From an uncultured delta proteobacterium (GTDB lineage Bacteria > Desulfobacterota > Binatia > Binatales > Binataceae), in assembly GCA_963794325.1 (NCBI GenBank), contig CAWCDG010000005.1:32001-96000 (forward strand): a DNA stretch of 64,000 nucleotides, written 5' to 3'. Below the pieces are notes generated by a model. That model searched no databases. It saw nothing but the letters and a program-made list of their open reading frames with translations, and was not told the origin of the DNA. The position numbers were made by a program, and so were the translations under genes. This document shows positions 51,479 through 61,701 of the stretch, one piece after another; position 1 is the stretch's first letter, and each line of letters begins with the position of its first letter.

Positions 51479-54400
51479 TTAATGGCCGGTTCCATTCAGG
51501 TTGACGGTGCGGGGGCCGCTTGAGCTGTTGTTCTTGATCGTGAGCAGGCCGGGGCGCGGTCCCGTTGCGGTCGGAGCGAAGACGACAGCGTAGCTACAAG
51601 TTTTTTTCGGCTTGAGCGTCGTGCCGCAGACCCTCGAGAGTGTGAAGTCGCCAGTCACCTGGGTGCCTATCAGCAGAATCGGGACCTTGCCGCCGTTGCG
51701 CGCGGTTATTTTTCTGGCCTTGCTGCGCTTGCCCAACTTCGCGGTGAAAGTGGCAGAGCCTGGTGAGACGATCAGCGGCGCCGCCACGGTCGGCATCGGG
51801 GTTGGGGTGAGTGTCGCCGTAGCGGTCGCAGTCGCAGTCGCCGTTGCGGTAGGTGTCGCCGTGGATGTCGGCGTCGCTGTCGTAACCGGAGTGCGAACCA
51901 TGCTTGGTGTCGCTGACATGGTCGCCGTCGTAGATTGGGTCGCGGTAAGCGTCGCAGTGGCAGTCGAGGTCGCAGTGGCTGTGGCCGTCGCGGTAGGCGA
52001 GGCTGTCACGCTAGCGGTCGCGGTGATCGTGGCGGTTGCAGTTGACGTGGCAGTAGCTGTCGCGGTGGCGGTTGCAGTTATCGTAGCAGTAGCAGTCGCT
52101 GTCGCAGTCGGGGTAGCGGTAGTCGTCGCGGTCGCTGTGCTGCTGGCAGTCGCGGTGGCGGTGATTGTCGAAGTTGCAGTTGCGGTCGGGGTTGCCGAGG
52201 CGGTACGCGTCGCAGTCGGCGACGGAGTGCCGGTGCGCGTTGGTGTCGCGGTATTCGAAGCGGTTGGCGTCGAAGTCGGGGTCCTGGCACCCGTGGACGT
52301 AGGGGTTGGGGTTGGCGTCACGCCGGGCGAGCCTTCGCCCGACAGCTCAAATATCCCGCGCCCATGCGTCGCGGCGAAAACCACGCCGCTCAAATTCTGC
52401 TCGATATCGAAAACAGCTACCGCGGGAATCACGCCGAGGTTGAACGGCGCCCAGGTGTTTCCGCCGTCGGTGGTTCTGAAAATGCCGATGTCGGTCGCCG
52501 CGAGGACGGTGTTGGCGGTCGGGTCGTTGCGATCGACCAGCAGTCTCAAGACCGGAACGTCGGGCAGCGCGTTGATGGGTGGCGGACTCTGAAGCGTCGG
52601 ATTGCCGTCGGCCTCAATCCACGATCCGCCGAAGTCGGTAGTCACAAAAATATGCCCCATCCCGGTCGCCGAGGTGAAGCCCGAGAGGCTTAAGTATGCG
52701 ATCGAGGAATTGAACGGGTCGATCGCGATTCCGGTGGCCTGCGTCGAATCCGGAAACACAATGGGCGGCAATTGGGCGGTCTTGTCGGTCCAATGCGCGC
52801 CTTCGGGCTGTCCGGGATTGACCTGCATATCGGCTTGATCGGTCGTGAAGATTTTGAACGGGGTCGGACGAAAAGTGGTGCTGGTCTGCATCGCGAGCGC
52901 GTAGGCCTTGGTGTGGTCGGAGGGCGAAATCTCGAGATCTTCGAGCCCGCATTCGCCACTGTTGCATCTCCCGGTCAGATCCTGCGTTGTTTGCAGAGAC
53001 CAGGTTGCCATCGCGTCGTTCGAAACATAGACGGAATGCGCACCGAACAGGACGCGCTGTGCGACGGCAGGGTCGCTGGCTATCGGCGGAAAATAGGCAG
53101 CGCCGGGATCGCCCGCCGTCACCATCGCAGCCTGCAGCGCCGCACTCGACGCGGCGGAATTAAAAGTGACTCCGCCGTCGGTCGAGCGCGAGACCCACGG
53201 CCCCACAGTGGTAGTCGCGAAGGTGTGGTAGGCGAACAGTGGGTTGACGATGTCGAAGAGCGCGAAGCCGCCGTCGAGATTATCGACCTCGCTCCAGCTC
53301 GACGAGGGCGGCTGGGTCGCGTCAAAGCGGGCGGTGCCATTGTCCTGGAATCCCGCAATCACCACCGTGCTGTTAGTCGGATGAGGACCGACCGATTGCG
53401 CTTGTGCGGCGCCGATGCTCGTGTTCAGGGGGCTCCAGGCAAGGGTCCCGACGTCGAAGCGGTACAGCCCGCCGTCGTTGCCGAGGTAAAAGTTATGCGC
53501 GATTGCAGGATCGAACGCGATCGCGTGCTGATCCGAATGCGTCCCACCGGCCGGCGCGAGCGACGTCCAATTAGATCCGGAATTGATCGAGCGGTAGATT
53601 CCGACGCCGCCAAACACGACGGTGGCGCCGGTTGGGTCGGCGGGATCGATCGCCAGTGCCTGGTTGAAGAACGACTGCGAAAAGTTGCTCGAGTTGGCGC
53701 CGTCGATAGTCGTGGCGCCGACTGTCGCGCTCGGCACCGACGCCTGCGTCCAGGTCACGCCGTCGTTGGCGGATTTGTAGAAGCCTGCGAACTCGATACC
53801 GTCGGCCGCGCCAATGATCGCGTAGGCGACGCCGTTGGCCGCAGCAACGCTCGCGCGGCCCACTCCGCCGTTCAAGTTGGGCAGGCTGGCTAAGGTCCAA
53901 CTGAATCCCGAATTCGACGAGCGGAACACGCCGACGCCGAGAATCGAAACCAGGACGGAGGTTGGCGATGCGGGATCGATCGCAACCGACTCGGCGGGGC
54001 ACGGATCGTTGGTGAAGTACGGGCATGCGCCGAAGGTCCCCGCCGGATATGAAATCCACGACGCGCCGCCGTTATCCGAGCGCCAGAGCCCGTTCTGGCT
54101 GAAATCACCCTCGACCCACGACGCATCGGCCCGGTTGGCGGTCGAGCCGTAGGTCACCGCCGCATAGATTACTCGCGGCGTCCGCGTGGTATCGACTGCG
54201 AGCGAGGCAATCGACGCATGGGAAAAATTACTCGCACCGAGTTGCGTCCACGAGTTGCCGAGATCACTCGAGACGAATACTCCCTCGCCATAGTACGAAT
54301 CGGCTGAGCCGTTGCCCTCGCCAGTGCCGACGTAGAGCGTTGGATTCGGGGTGGTCGTGGTATCAAGCGCGAGGGCGCCGACTGACAGCGTCGGCTCAAG

Positions 54401-54928
54401 GTCGAATATCGGCGCGAAGGCCGCGGATGCATTTGCGCGCATCCATACGCCCCCATCTCCGGTGCCCACGAACAATCGTCCACTGACGGTAGCGTCTGCA
54501 ACGATAGCGGTTACTCGCCCGGTTACGCCGGCGAGCACGGGGCCGGTCGCCACTCCGCCGAACGTCGGAATCTCATTTTGCAATGGCAACGGACCGAGAG
54601 CAGTCCACGTCAATGAAGCGGAAGCCTGCATCGGATCAGAAGCATTCAGCGCCGCGCTTCCAACTGCTCTGCGCTCCTGCATTCGCATCTGTGCGATCGC
54701 TCTGCCATACGCTCCGTGCGGCAGTCCAAACCTGAGTCCTCGCTTGCTGAGGAAGAAAGCCTCGCGCGCCACGCGCTCGCGCGCGTGCAGCGCACCGGGC
54801 GCGTTGAGGTTAGCGCGTGCCGATCGAGAGCTCGCACGCATCGGGGAAGACAGAATTACGGCGAGGCCGGCCGCGAGCAGCAAGCCGCCGGCGGCGGCAA
54901 AAAGCCATGGCGAGAAAACTTTGGACAA
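51479..54928 (-). CDS. large secreted BNR/Asp-box beta-propeller protein with Thr/Ala stalk and C-terminal ASH/Ig-like domain
   Basis: Many SxDxGxTW boxes (SSDLGNSW, SDNGGASW, SANDGVTW, TTDGGNTW); ATHGRG; TATATAT linker at about 51785-52325. Confidence 0.85.
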   Translation of the reverse strand: MSKVFSPWLFAAAGGLLLAAGLAVILSSPMRASSRSARANLNAPGALHARERVAREAFFLSKRGLRFGLPHGAYGRAIAQMRMQERRAVGSAALNASDPMQASASLTWTALGPLPLQNEIPTFGGVATGPVLAGVTGRVTAIVADATVSGRLFVGTGDGGVWMRANASAAFAPIFDLEPTLSVGALALDTTTTPNPTLYVGTGEGNGSADSYYGEGVFVSSDLGNSWTQLGASNFSHASIASLAVDTTRTPRVIYAAVTYGSTANRADASWVEGDFSQNGLWRSDNGGASWISYPAGTFGACPYFTNDPCPAESVAIDPASPTSVLVSILGVGVFRSSNSGFSWTLASLPNLNGGVGRASVAAANGVAYAIIGAADGIEFAGFYKSANDGVTWTQASVPSATVGATTIDGANSSNFSQSFFNQALAIDPADPTGATVVFGGVGIYRSINSGSNWTSLAPAGGTHSDQHAIAFDPAIAHNFYLGNDGGLYRFDVGTLAWSPLNTSIGAAQAQSVGPHPTNSTVVIAGFQDNGTARFDATQPPSSSWSEVDNLDGGFALFDIVNPLFAYHTFATTTVGPWVSRSTDGGVTFNSAASSAALQAAMVTAGDPGAAYFPPIASDPAVAQRVLFGAHSVYVSNDAMATWSLQTTQDLTGRCNSGECGLEDLEISPSDHTKAYALAMQTSTTFRPTPFKIFTTDQADMQVNPGQPEGAHWTDKTAQLPPIVFPDSTQATGIAIDPFNSSIAYLSLSGFTSATGMGHIFVTTDFGGSWIEADGNPTLQSPPPINALPDVPVLRLLVDRNDPTANTVLAATDIGIFRTTDGGNTWAPFNLGVIPAVAVFDIEQNLSGVVFAATHGRGIFELSGEGSPGVTPTPTPTSTGARTPTSTPTASNTATPTRTGTPSPTATRTASATPTATATSTITATATASSTATATTTATPTATATATATITATATATATATSTATATITATASVTASPTATATATATSTATATLTATQSTTATMSATPSMVRTPVTTATPTSTATPTATATATATATATLTPTPMPTVAAPLIVSPGSATFTAKLGKRSKARKITARNGGKVPILLIGTQVTGDFTLSRVCGTTLKPKKTCSYAVVFAPTATGPRPGLLTIKNNSSSGPRTVNLNGTGH

Positions 54929-55139
54929 AGCGACGACCCCCCTTCCGGCCCACGTCCAATAGTCACTCTACTCTCATTATATGTACGAACGAATAACATA
55001 ATGAGTATCCAGTCGATTACTCATTTAGTATTGTTCCCGTCTAACTGAGTATTCCTTTGCCTACGGCAGGCTGCGCTTGGCGTTGCCGCTGTGTGCGGAG
55101 GGAGCGAAGTGCTCGACGAAAGATAACGTGCTACGGCGG

Positions 55140-56051
55140 TCAGACTGCGGCGATTCGGAAGCCAATCTTCGGGAAGTGATTAACGATCCTGCCCAACTCC
55201 GGAACCTCGCGCTCGATTGCGATCTCATGAATCGAGCTGACGACCACCCTGCCGGTCACCGGATCGAAAGCGTAGTCGTCGGGGGTGATCGAAACGCGGG
55301 TCCCGGCCTCGAGGCCGTTGGGATCACGCGAGTCGACGTTCTCGGCGGTGGCGGGCGCGCTGTCTTTCGCGATCTTGAGAGCCTCGTCGGGATCCATCGG
55401 GCGCACGTCGCCGTAACCCATCGCATCGATACGTTCGAACCATCGCATGAGATGCGTAAATTTTTGCGCGAGGCCAAATGCGGTCGGCTCGGCGCGCAGG
55501 AACCACACCGGATGGAAACAGGCAGCATCGGCAAGGCTGAACGAATCGCCGAGCAGGAATGGCGACGAGGCAAGTTGGCGATCGAGGATTTCGAGGAATG
55601 CACGCAACTGGTTTCGCGAATCGGGGGCCGAGCGTGCGATATTCCCGAAGTCGGCGCCCTGCATCATCTTCGAACGGTCTTCGATAAATTCCTTGGGCAC
55701 CACCGCTGCGAGCTTCTCGAAAATCACCGGCGTCGTCGACCAGAACATCCGGCGATCCGCCCATTGATTCATCGTGTCAGCCGCGGCGGTCAAACCGCCG
55801 GGATAGATTGTCGGTTCTGGTTTCAGCTCGTCGATTTTCCTGATGATGATTCCCGTGTCGCACCAAATGTCGGCGCCGATTTGCAGCACCGGGATTCGCC
55901 GATAGCCGCCGGTGAGCGGCACCAGCTTGGGCTTCGGCATAATCACTGGCTGTTCGACCGAGCGCCATGTAATTTTTTTGTGCGCGAAAATTTTGCGGAT
56001 CTTTTCAGAGAAAGGTGACGTGGCATATTGGTGCAAAATTATTTCGGGCAC
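55140..56051 (-). CDS. glutathione S-transferase family protein
   Basis: SPFSEKIR, GGYRRIPVLQIGADIWCDT and SLADAA motifs. Confidence 0.9.
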   Translation of the reverse strand: MPEIILHQYATSPFSEKIRKIFAHKKITWRSVEQPVIMPKPKLVPLTGGYRRIPVLQIGADIWCDTGIIIRKIDELKPEPTIYPGGLTAAADTMNQWADRRMFWSTTPVIFEKLAAVVPKEFIEDRSKMMQGADFGNIARSAPDSRNQLRAFLEILDRQLASSPFLLGDSFSLADAACFHPVWFLRAEPTAFGLAQKFTHLMRWFERIDAMGYGDVRPMDPDEALKIAKDSAPATAENVDSRDPNGLEAGTRVSITPDDYAFDPVTGRVVVSSIHEIAIEREVPELGRIVNHFPKIGFRIAAV

Positions 56052-56138
56052 GACTTACTCCTGCGGGTGCAGTATTTGGAACGATCCTTAGCGCATTGAA
56101 TTTTTGCACGCCAGTAGAAACCTGATAAGTTCGCGCTC

Positions 56139-56792
56139 ATGCATGGCCATCACGAATTCGATCTGTATGACGCGATTTACACCACGCGCTCGATGCGGCG
56201 GCTGAAGCCCGATCCGGTGCCGGCGGCGCTTATCGTCAAGGTGATCGAGGCGGCCACGATGGGTCCGAGCGGGCATAATCGTCAGCCCTGGTTTTTCATC
56301 GTCGTCACCGAATCCGAGACGAAGAATTTCGTCGCCGAACGTTATCGCAAGGCGTGGGAGGTAGTGTTCACGCCGACCGAGCGAGAAGTTGTCGCCAACG
56401 ATCCTCAAAGCCAGCGCGGGCGAAATCTGCGCTCGGCAAAGTATCTCGCCGAGCATATCGCCGACGTGCCCGTGATGATTTTCGCATGCGTGAAAAAATA
56501 CACCGATCGCGCTCGCGCCGGGCAGCCGATGTTGGGTGCGATTTACCCGGCGATTCAGAACCTGTGCCTGGCGGCGCGCGGCTACGGACTCGGCACGTCG
56601 ATCACCGGGATGCACACGATGTTCGCGAAGGAGATCGACGCGATGCTCGGCGTGCCGTCCGAATACGCGAACGTCGTGCTGATCCCGATGGGCTATCCGA
56701 AGGGCCGATGGGCGCGACCCGATCGCAAGCCGGCGCTGCAAGTGACGTTCTGGGGAAAATGGGGCAACCGGCGCGAGCTGATGCCCGATTGA
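56139..56792 (+). CDS. nitroreductase family protein
   Basis: RSMRRLKPDPVP, PSGHNRQPW and QNLCLAARGYGLG motifs. Confidence 0.9.
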   Translation: MHGHHEFDLYDAIYTTRSMRRLKPDPVPAALIVKVIEAATMGPSGHNRQPWFFIVVTESETKNFVAERYRKAWEVVFTPTEREVVANDPQSQRGRNLRSAKYLAEHIADVPVMIFACVKKYTDRARAGQPMLGAIYPAIQNLCLAARGYGLGTSITGMHTMFAKEIDAMLGVPSEYANVVLIPMGYPKGRWARPDRKPALQVTFWGKWGNRRELMPD

Positions 56793-56793
56793 A

Positions 56794-57006
56794 TCACGCA
56801 TCGATGACGGCGAGCACTACGTTGCGCTGAATCTGATCGCCCGGCTTGACGCGGAACTCCTTGAGGCGCCCGCTGGCCGGCGCCTTGACCGGTATCTCGA
56901 CCTTCATCGACTCGATCACCATCAACTCGTCGCCGCGCGCGATTTGCGCACCACTCTCGACCGACAGTCGCAGCACCTTGCCTACGGCGGGGCTCTTTAT
57001 ATCCAT
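56794..57006 (-). CDS. stand-alone biotin carboxyl carrier domain protein
   Basis: IESMKVEIPVKAP biotinylation motif; 70 aa. Confidence 0.85.
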   Translation of the reverse strand: MDIKSPAVGKVLRLSVESGAQIARGDELMVIESMKVEIPVKAPASGRLKEFRVKPGDQIQRNVVLAVIDA

Positions 57007-57144
57007 CGCTCAGCATTCCTTGATCGAGCGTGATAGCAGGCACGGCCCGAATGTACCAGCATCGAAAAAACGCCTTGTGTTTTCGGGCCGCTTGGTTGTA
57101 GAGAGACTAAATCGGCGCGATCGTGCGGCTAATGGAGAGACGGC

Positions 57145-58500
57145 ATGAACAGTTTCGTCGCGGCTCGAACGCTCACTGAATATCCGCGCGGCCGGCATCG
57201 ATGGTCGCTGCTGATTCTCACGGTGCTCGCCTCGATTCTCGGCGCGTACGACTTCCAACTCGCCCCGCTGCTGCCGATCCTGCTGCCCTACCTGCACATG
57301 AGCCACACCGCCTATGGCCTCTTCATCACCTTCACCGTGCTGATCTCCGGCATCTCGGCATTCTTCGGCGGCCCGCTCGCCGATCGCTACGGCCGCGTCC
57401 TGATCATCGACATATGCCTCGGCTGCGTCACGGTCCTGTTGTTCCTGAACGTCTTGATCACCAACATCGCGACCTTCGTGATCCTGCGCACCTTGATGGG
57501 AATCGTCGCGGGCCTTACCGCCGGCGCCGGCGCCGCGCTGATTCGCGACATGTCGCCGCGGCTCAGCCGCGCGCTCGCCTTCGGACTGCTGACGATAGGC
57601 CCGGTCGGCGCGAACTTCCTGGCCAACTACGTCGCCGGCGCGACGCTGCCGATCTACCACACCTGGCAATCGCAGATCTGGATCATGGGATTCCTCGCGG
57701 TCGCGATGTACATCCCAATCGTGATTTGGCTGTGCGACCTCAGCCCCGAACTGCGTATGCAGATCATGAAGACCGAAATCCAGGCGCTCGCCGCCGAAGG
57801 ACGCTTGCCCGCCGCGTCGGAGATCCCGTCCGGCACGCGCGACGCCTTCCGCCGCCTGCTCGGGCATCTCGAGGTCTGGCTGCTGGTGCTCGGCATCACC
57901 GCGAACCTGACATTGTACTTCGCGATCCAGGGCTTCGGTCCGCTGATGTTCACCGAGGCGTTTCACTATTCTCCGTCCGAAGCCGCGAAGATGAACGAAT
58001 ACTTCTGGCTCACCAATCTCGGCGTACTCGTGCTGACCGGACTTGTCTCCGACCGCCTGCAAATCCGCAAACCGATCGCAATCTTCGGCGGCATCCTCGC
58101 GTCGCTCCTGATGGCGTGGTGGATTCCAAAGTTCGGCACTGAGATGCCGCGCGCGACGCTGATAATGGTCGCGTCGCTGATGGGATGCTTCCTCGCCATC
58201 GCATACGTGCCGTGGGCCGCGCAATTCTCCGAGGCGCTCGAAGACGTCTCGCCCGCTTTGCAAGCCACCGGCTGGGCCTTCTTCGGCCTGGTCGCGCGCG
58301 CCTGGGTCGCGATCTCGGCGCCGCTCTCGCTCTACGTCGCGGTCCACTACGGATGGGGCGAATGGGTCAAAGTCGCGCTCGGCGGAATGATCATCTACAT
58401 CGTCGCGATGGCCTTCACGCGCGGCCACGCGGCGGTTGAGGAGCACGCTCACGCGGTGCCCGCGAGTGATCGCGTGACAGCCGGCAAATCCACAGCCTAG
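57145..58500 (+). CDS. MFS transporter
   Basis: GPLADRYGR motif A; about 12 TMs; GLVSDRLQIRK. Confidence 0.9.
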   Translation: MNSFVAARTLTEYPRGRHRWSLLILTVLASILGAYDFQLAPLLPILLPYLHMSHTAYGLFITFTVLISGISAFFGGPLADRYGRVLIIDICLGCVTVLLFLNVLITNIATFVILRTLMGIVAGLTAGAGAALIRDMSPRLSRALAFGLLTIGPVGANFLANYVAGATLPIYHTWQSQIWIMGFLAVAMYIPIVIWLCDLSPELRMQIMKTEIQALAAEGRLPAASEIPSGTRDAFRRLLGHLEVWLLVLGITANLTLYFAIQGFGPLMFTEAFHYSPSEAAKMNEYFWLTNLGVLVLTGLVSDRLQIRKPIAIFGGILASLLMAWWIPKFGTEMPRATLIMVASLMGCFLAIAYVPWAAQFSEALEDVSPALQATGWAFFGLVARAWVAISAPLSLYVAVHYGWGEWVKVALGGMIIYIVAMAFTRGHAAVEEHAHAVPASDRVTAGKSTA

Positions 58501-60053
58501 GGGCGCATCGTGCGCGTACGAATCCCCAGCTGCGTCGGAACGATCTCGTACGCCTGATGGACCCAGTCGACTAGCAGCGGCCGGGTGTCGCGCGGATCGA
58601 TTATCTCCTCGATGCCGAACGCCTCAGCAGTACGCAGCGGCGATCGGATAGCGTTGAATTTATCTTCGAGCTCCTTGCGCAACTTTTCCGGATCGCTCGA
58701 CGCCGCGAGGTCGCGCTTGTATGCCGCCTCGATTCCGCCCTCGATCGGCAGCGAACCCCAATCCGCCGACGGCCACGCGTAGCGAAAATTCAAGCCCGTC
58801 GTGATTCCATGACCCGCACCGGCGACGCCGAACGCCTTGCGCACCATGATTGCCACCAGCGGCGTCGTGGTCTGAAACATCGCATACAGCGCGCGCACGC
58901 CGCGGCGGATGGTCCCGGAAATCTCGGCCTCGCGCCCAATCAGAAAGCCGGGCTGATCGACAAAATTCACGATCGGCAGATGGAACGTGTCGCAAAGGTC
59001 GATGAACTTGACCATCTTGTCCGACGCCGGCCCGTCCAGCGACCCGCCGATCGAGAACGGATCATTCGCCATCACGCCGACCGGGAATCCGTCGAGCCGC
59101 GCGAAGCCCGTCACCAATGACGGCCCGAAGAACGGAGTCATCTCGAAGAATGAATCGCGATCCATCACCAGCTCGAGGATTCGCCGCGCGTCGTAACCGT
59201 GGCGGCGATTGCGCGGCACGATACTGATCAGCTCCTCTTCGCGGCGAGCGGGATCGTCGTCGGGCGTCGTCCGCGGCGGAACTTGCCAGACGCTTTGCGG
59301 CAGGTACGACAGGAAGCGACGAATCTGCGCGAGCGCGTCGTCCTCGCTCTCGGCCTCGTTGTCCACCGCGCCGCTCATGTGAGCATGAATTTCGGCGCCG
59401 CCGAGTTCCTCCTTGGTCAGATCCTCGCCGACGCCCCATTTGACGACCGGCGGTCCCGCGACGAAGAGCTGACTCGTCCCGCGCACCATCACCGAGAAAT
59501 GCGACGCCGCCACCCGCGCCGCGCCGATTCCCGCAACCGAGCCCATGCATCCCGCGACGACAGGCACCTCGCCCATCAATTTCACCAGCACGTCGAAGTC
59601 CGGATTGGCCGGGACGTAAGTCCGCTTCACGGTCTCGAACGATTTCACGCTGCCGCCGCCACCGGTGCCATCGACGAGCCGGATAATCGGGATGTGCAGC
59701 TCGTGCGCGATCAGCTCCGCGTAGCTGCGCTTGTTGCCGATATTCGCGTCCGCCGCACCGCCGCGCACCGTGAAGTCGTCGCCGCCGACTACGACGCGCC
59801 GCCCGTTGATCCGTCCGGTACCACCGACGAAGTTCGCCGGCATGATCGACGCAAGCGTCTCGCCCTCGTACTTCGGCGCCCCCGCGAGCGCGCCGTACTC
59901 GTGGAACGTGCCCGGGTCGAGCAGCCGCTCGATACGCTCGCGGACGGTGAGCTTCCCCCCGTCGTGCTGCCGCTTGATATTGTCGGCGCCACCCATTCCT
60001 TTCGAAAGCTCAACGCGGCGCCGAATCTCCTCGACCTCTTTCTCCCACGACAT
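58497..60053 (-). CDS. acyl-CoA carboxylase carboxyltransferase subunit (PccB-like)
   Basis: GKLTVRERI, DFTVRGG, ELGG, FVDQPGF and IIDPRDTR motifs. Confidence 0.9.
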   Translation of the reverse strand: MSWEKEVEEIRRRVELSKGMGGADNIKRQHDGGKLTVRERIERLLDPGTFHEYGALAGAPKYEGETLASIMPANFVGGTGRINGRRVVVGGDDFTVRGGAADANIGNKRSYAELIAHELHIPIIRLVDGTGGGGSVKSFETVKRTYVPANPDFDVLVKLMGEVPVVAGCMGSVAGIGAARVAASHFSVMVRGTSQLFVAGPPVVKWGVGEDLTKEELGGAEIHAHMSGAVDNEAESEDDALAQIRRFLSYLPQSVWQVPPRTTPDDDPARREEELISIVPRNRRHGYDARRILELVMDRDSFFEMTPFFGPSLVTGFARLDGFPVGVMANDPFSIGGSLDGPASDKMVKFIDLCDTFHLPIVNFVDQPGFLIGREAEISGTIRRGVRALYAMFQTTTPLVAIMVRKAFGVAGAGHGITTGLNFRYAWPSADWGSLPIEGGIEAAYKRDLAASSDPEKLRKELEDKFNAIRSPLRTAEAFGIEEIIDPRDTRPLLVDWVHQAYEIVPTQLGIRTRTMRP

Positions 60054-60124
60054 ACGATTCTCCTGGCAGATAAGATTCCTGATCCTATAGACCATGCAGA
60101 TACGAATTCACGCAATCTGATTTT

Positions 60125-60201
60125 AGTGGCACAGGCTTTAGCCTGTGATTTTCTGGTCCATGAAATCCAGGAAAGAATCACAGGCTGAAGCCTGTGCCAC
60201 T
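60125..60201. repeat. inverted REP doublet (GTGGCACAGGCT..AGCCTGTG)
   Basis: agtggcacaggctttagcctgtgatt ... aatcacaggctgaagcctgtgccact. Confidence 0.85.
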
Positions 60202-60327
60202 TGAGCAATGCTACCAACCCGGCGGGCGCAGCCGCCGGCTGGCGCGGAAAAAAGACGTCGGATGCCGGGGCGTTTCTCGGGCGTGTTCTTCCTGTTAGTT
60301 TCAATTGGTACTTTCAGTTTTTGCATC

Positions 60328-61701
60328 ATGACGACGAATAGAACCTCTGCGCTGCATCCGCAGCATGCGATGCTCACCGGCTGGGGGCGTTATCCGCTTT
60401 CCGAGAGCGATGTTTATCGGCCTGATCGAATTGCCGAGCTGCAAACTGTTGTCACCTCGAATTCATCGTCGGTGATAGCGCGGGGGTTGGGGCGCGCTTA
60501 TGGGGATGCGGCGCTCAATGATCAGAATCGCGTCGTTGATCTTACGCGGCTCAACAGAATGCTCGCGTTCGACGCCACCTCAGGGCTGCTGCGATGTGAG
60601 GCTGGGGTTACGATTGCCGAGTTGATCGATGTTTTTCTGCCGCGCGGGTTTTTTCCGCCGGTGACGCCGGGGACGCGTTTCGTGACGCTCGGCGGATCGG
60701 TCGCGGCGGACGTGCATGGCAAGAATCACCATCGCGATTCGTCGCTGGCTTCGCATGTGACCTGGTTCGATTTGATGGTCGCGTCGGGCGAGGTGCTGCG
60801 ATGCTCGCGCGAGGAAAACTCCGCGCTGTTCTGGGCGACGGTCGGCGGTATGGGGCTCACCGGCGTTATTCTCGAATTGGAGCTCAGGATGCGGCAGGTT
60901 GAAAGCGCTTATCTCGACGGCGAGCTGATCCGCGCCGGGAATGTCGATGCGGCGATCGAGGCCTTCGAGCGGATCGACGCGCAGTACGGTTATTCGGTCG
61001 CGTGGATCGATTGCAACAGCACCAAAAGCGCGCTGGGCCGCTCGATCCTCAACGTCGGCAACTTTGCGACGCTCGACCAGTTGCCGCGGGCCGCCGCGCA
61101 GAATCCGCTGAGCACGACGCCCAAGCTCAGCCCCTTCGTGCCGTTCGATTTACCGGTGGTGAACTCGCTGACGGTAAGAGTGTTCAACGCGGTCAACTAT
61201 GCGTTCCATCGCGAGAAAGCGGCGCACACGATTTTCGACTGGGGCAGTTTTTTCTATCCGCTCGATTCGATCCGCAACTGGCCCCGGATCTATGGCAAGC
61301 GCGGCTTCGTGCAGTATCAATGCGTGTGGCCTCCCGAGGAGAGCCGTGCGGGGCTGGTTGAAGTGCTCGAAGCGATCACGCGCAGCAAGCGCGGTTCGTT
61401 TCTCGCCGTGCTCAAGAAATTCGGCGCGCAGGACGGCCTGCTTTCTTTTCCGATGCCCGGCTACACGCTCGCTATCGACTTCCCGGTTACGACTGGGATG
61501 CTCGAATTTCTCGACACGCTCGATGCGATGGTGCTGAAGCGCGGCGGGCGCGTGTACCTGGCCAAGGATGCGCGGATGTCGCCTGAGACGTTTCGCGCGA
61601 TGTATCCAAATCTCGGCAAGTGGCAGACGGCGAAGAGTGTCGCTGATCCCGAGAATCGGTTTTCGTCGAGCTTGTCGCGCAGGCTGGGAATGACGGAATA
61701 G
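60328..61701 (+). CDS. decaprenylphosphoryl-ribose oxidase-like FAD oxidoreductase (DprE1-like)
   Basis: RGLGRAYGDAA, VTPGTRFVTLGG, DVHGKNHH, FYPLD, GFVQYQ and GGRVYLAKD motifs. Confidence 0.88.
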   Translation: MTTNRTSALHPQHAMLTGWGRYPLSESDVYRPDRIAELQTVVTSNSSSVIARGLGRAYGDAALNDQNRVVDLTRLNRMLAFDATSGLLRCEAGVTIAELIDVFLPRGFFPPVTPGTRFVTLGGSVAADVHGKNHHRDSSLASHVTWFDLMVASGEVLRCSREENSALFWATVGGMGLTGVILELELRMRQVESAYLDGELIRAGNVDAAIEAFERIDAQYGYSVAWIDCNSTKSALGRSILNVGNFATLDQLPRAAAQNPLSTTPKLSPFVPFDLPVVNSLTVRVFNAVNYAFHREKAAHTIFDWGSFFYPLDSIRNWPRIYGKRGFVQYQCVWPPEESRAGLVEVLEAITRSKRGSFLAVLKKFGAQDGLLSFPMPGYTLAIDFPVTTGMLEFLDTLDAMVLKRGGRVYLAKDARMSPETFRAMYPNLGKWQTAKSVADPENRFSSSLSRRLGMTE

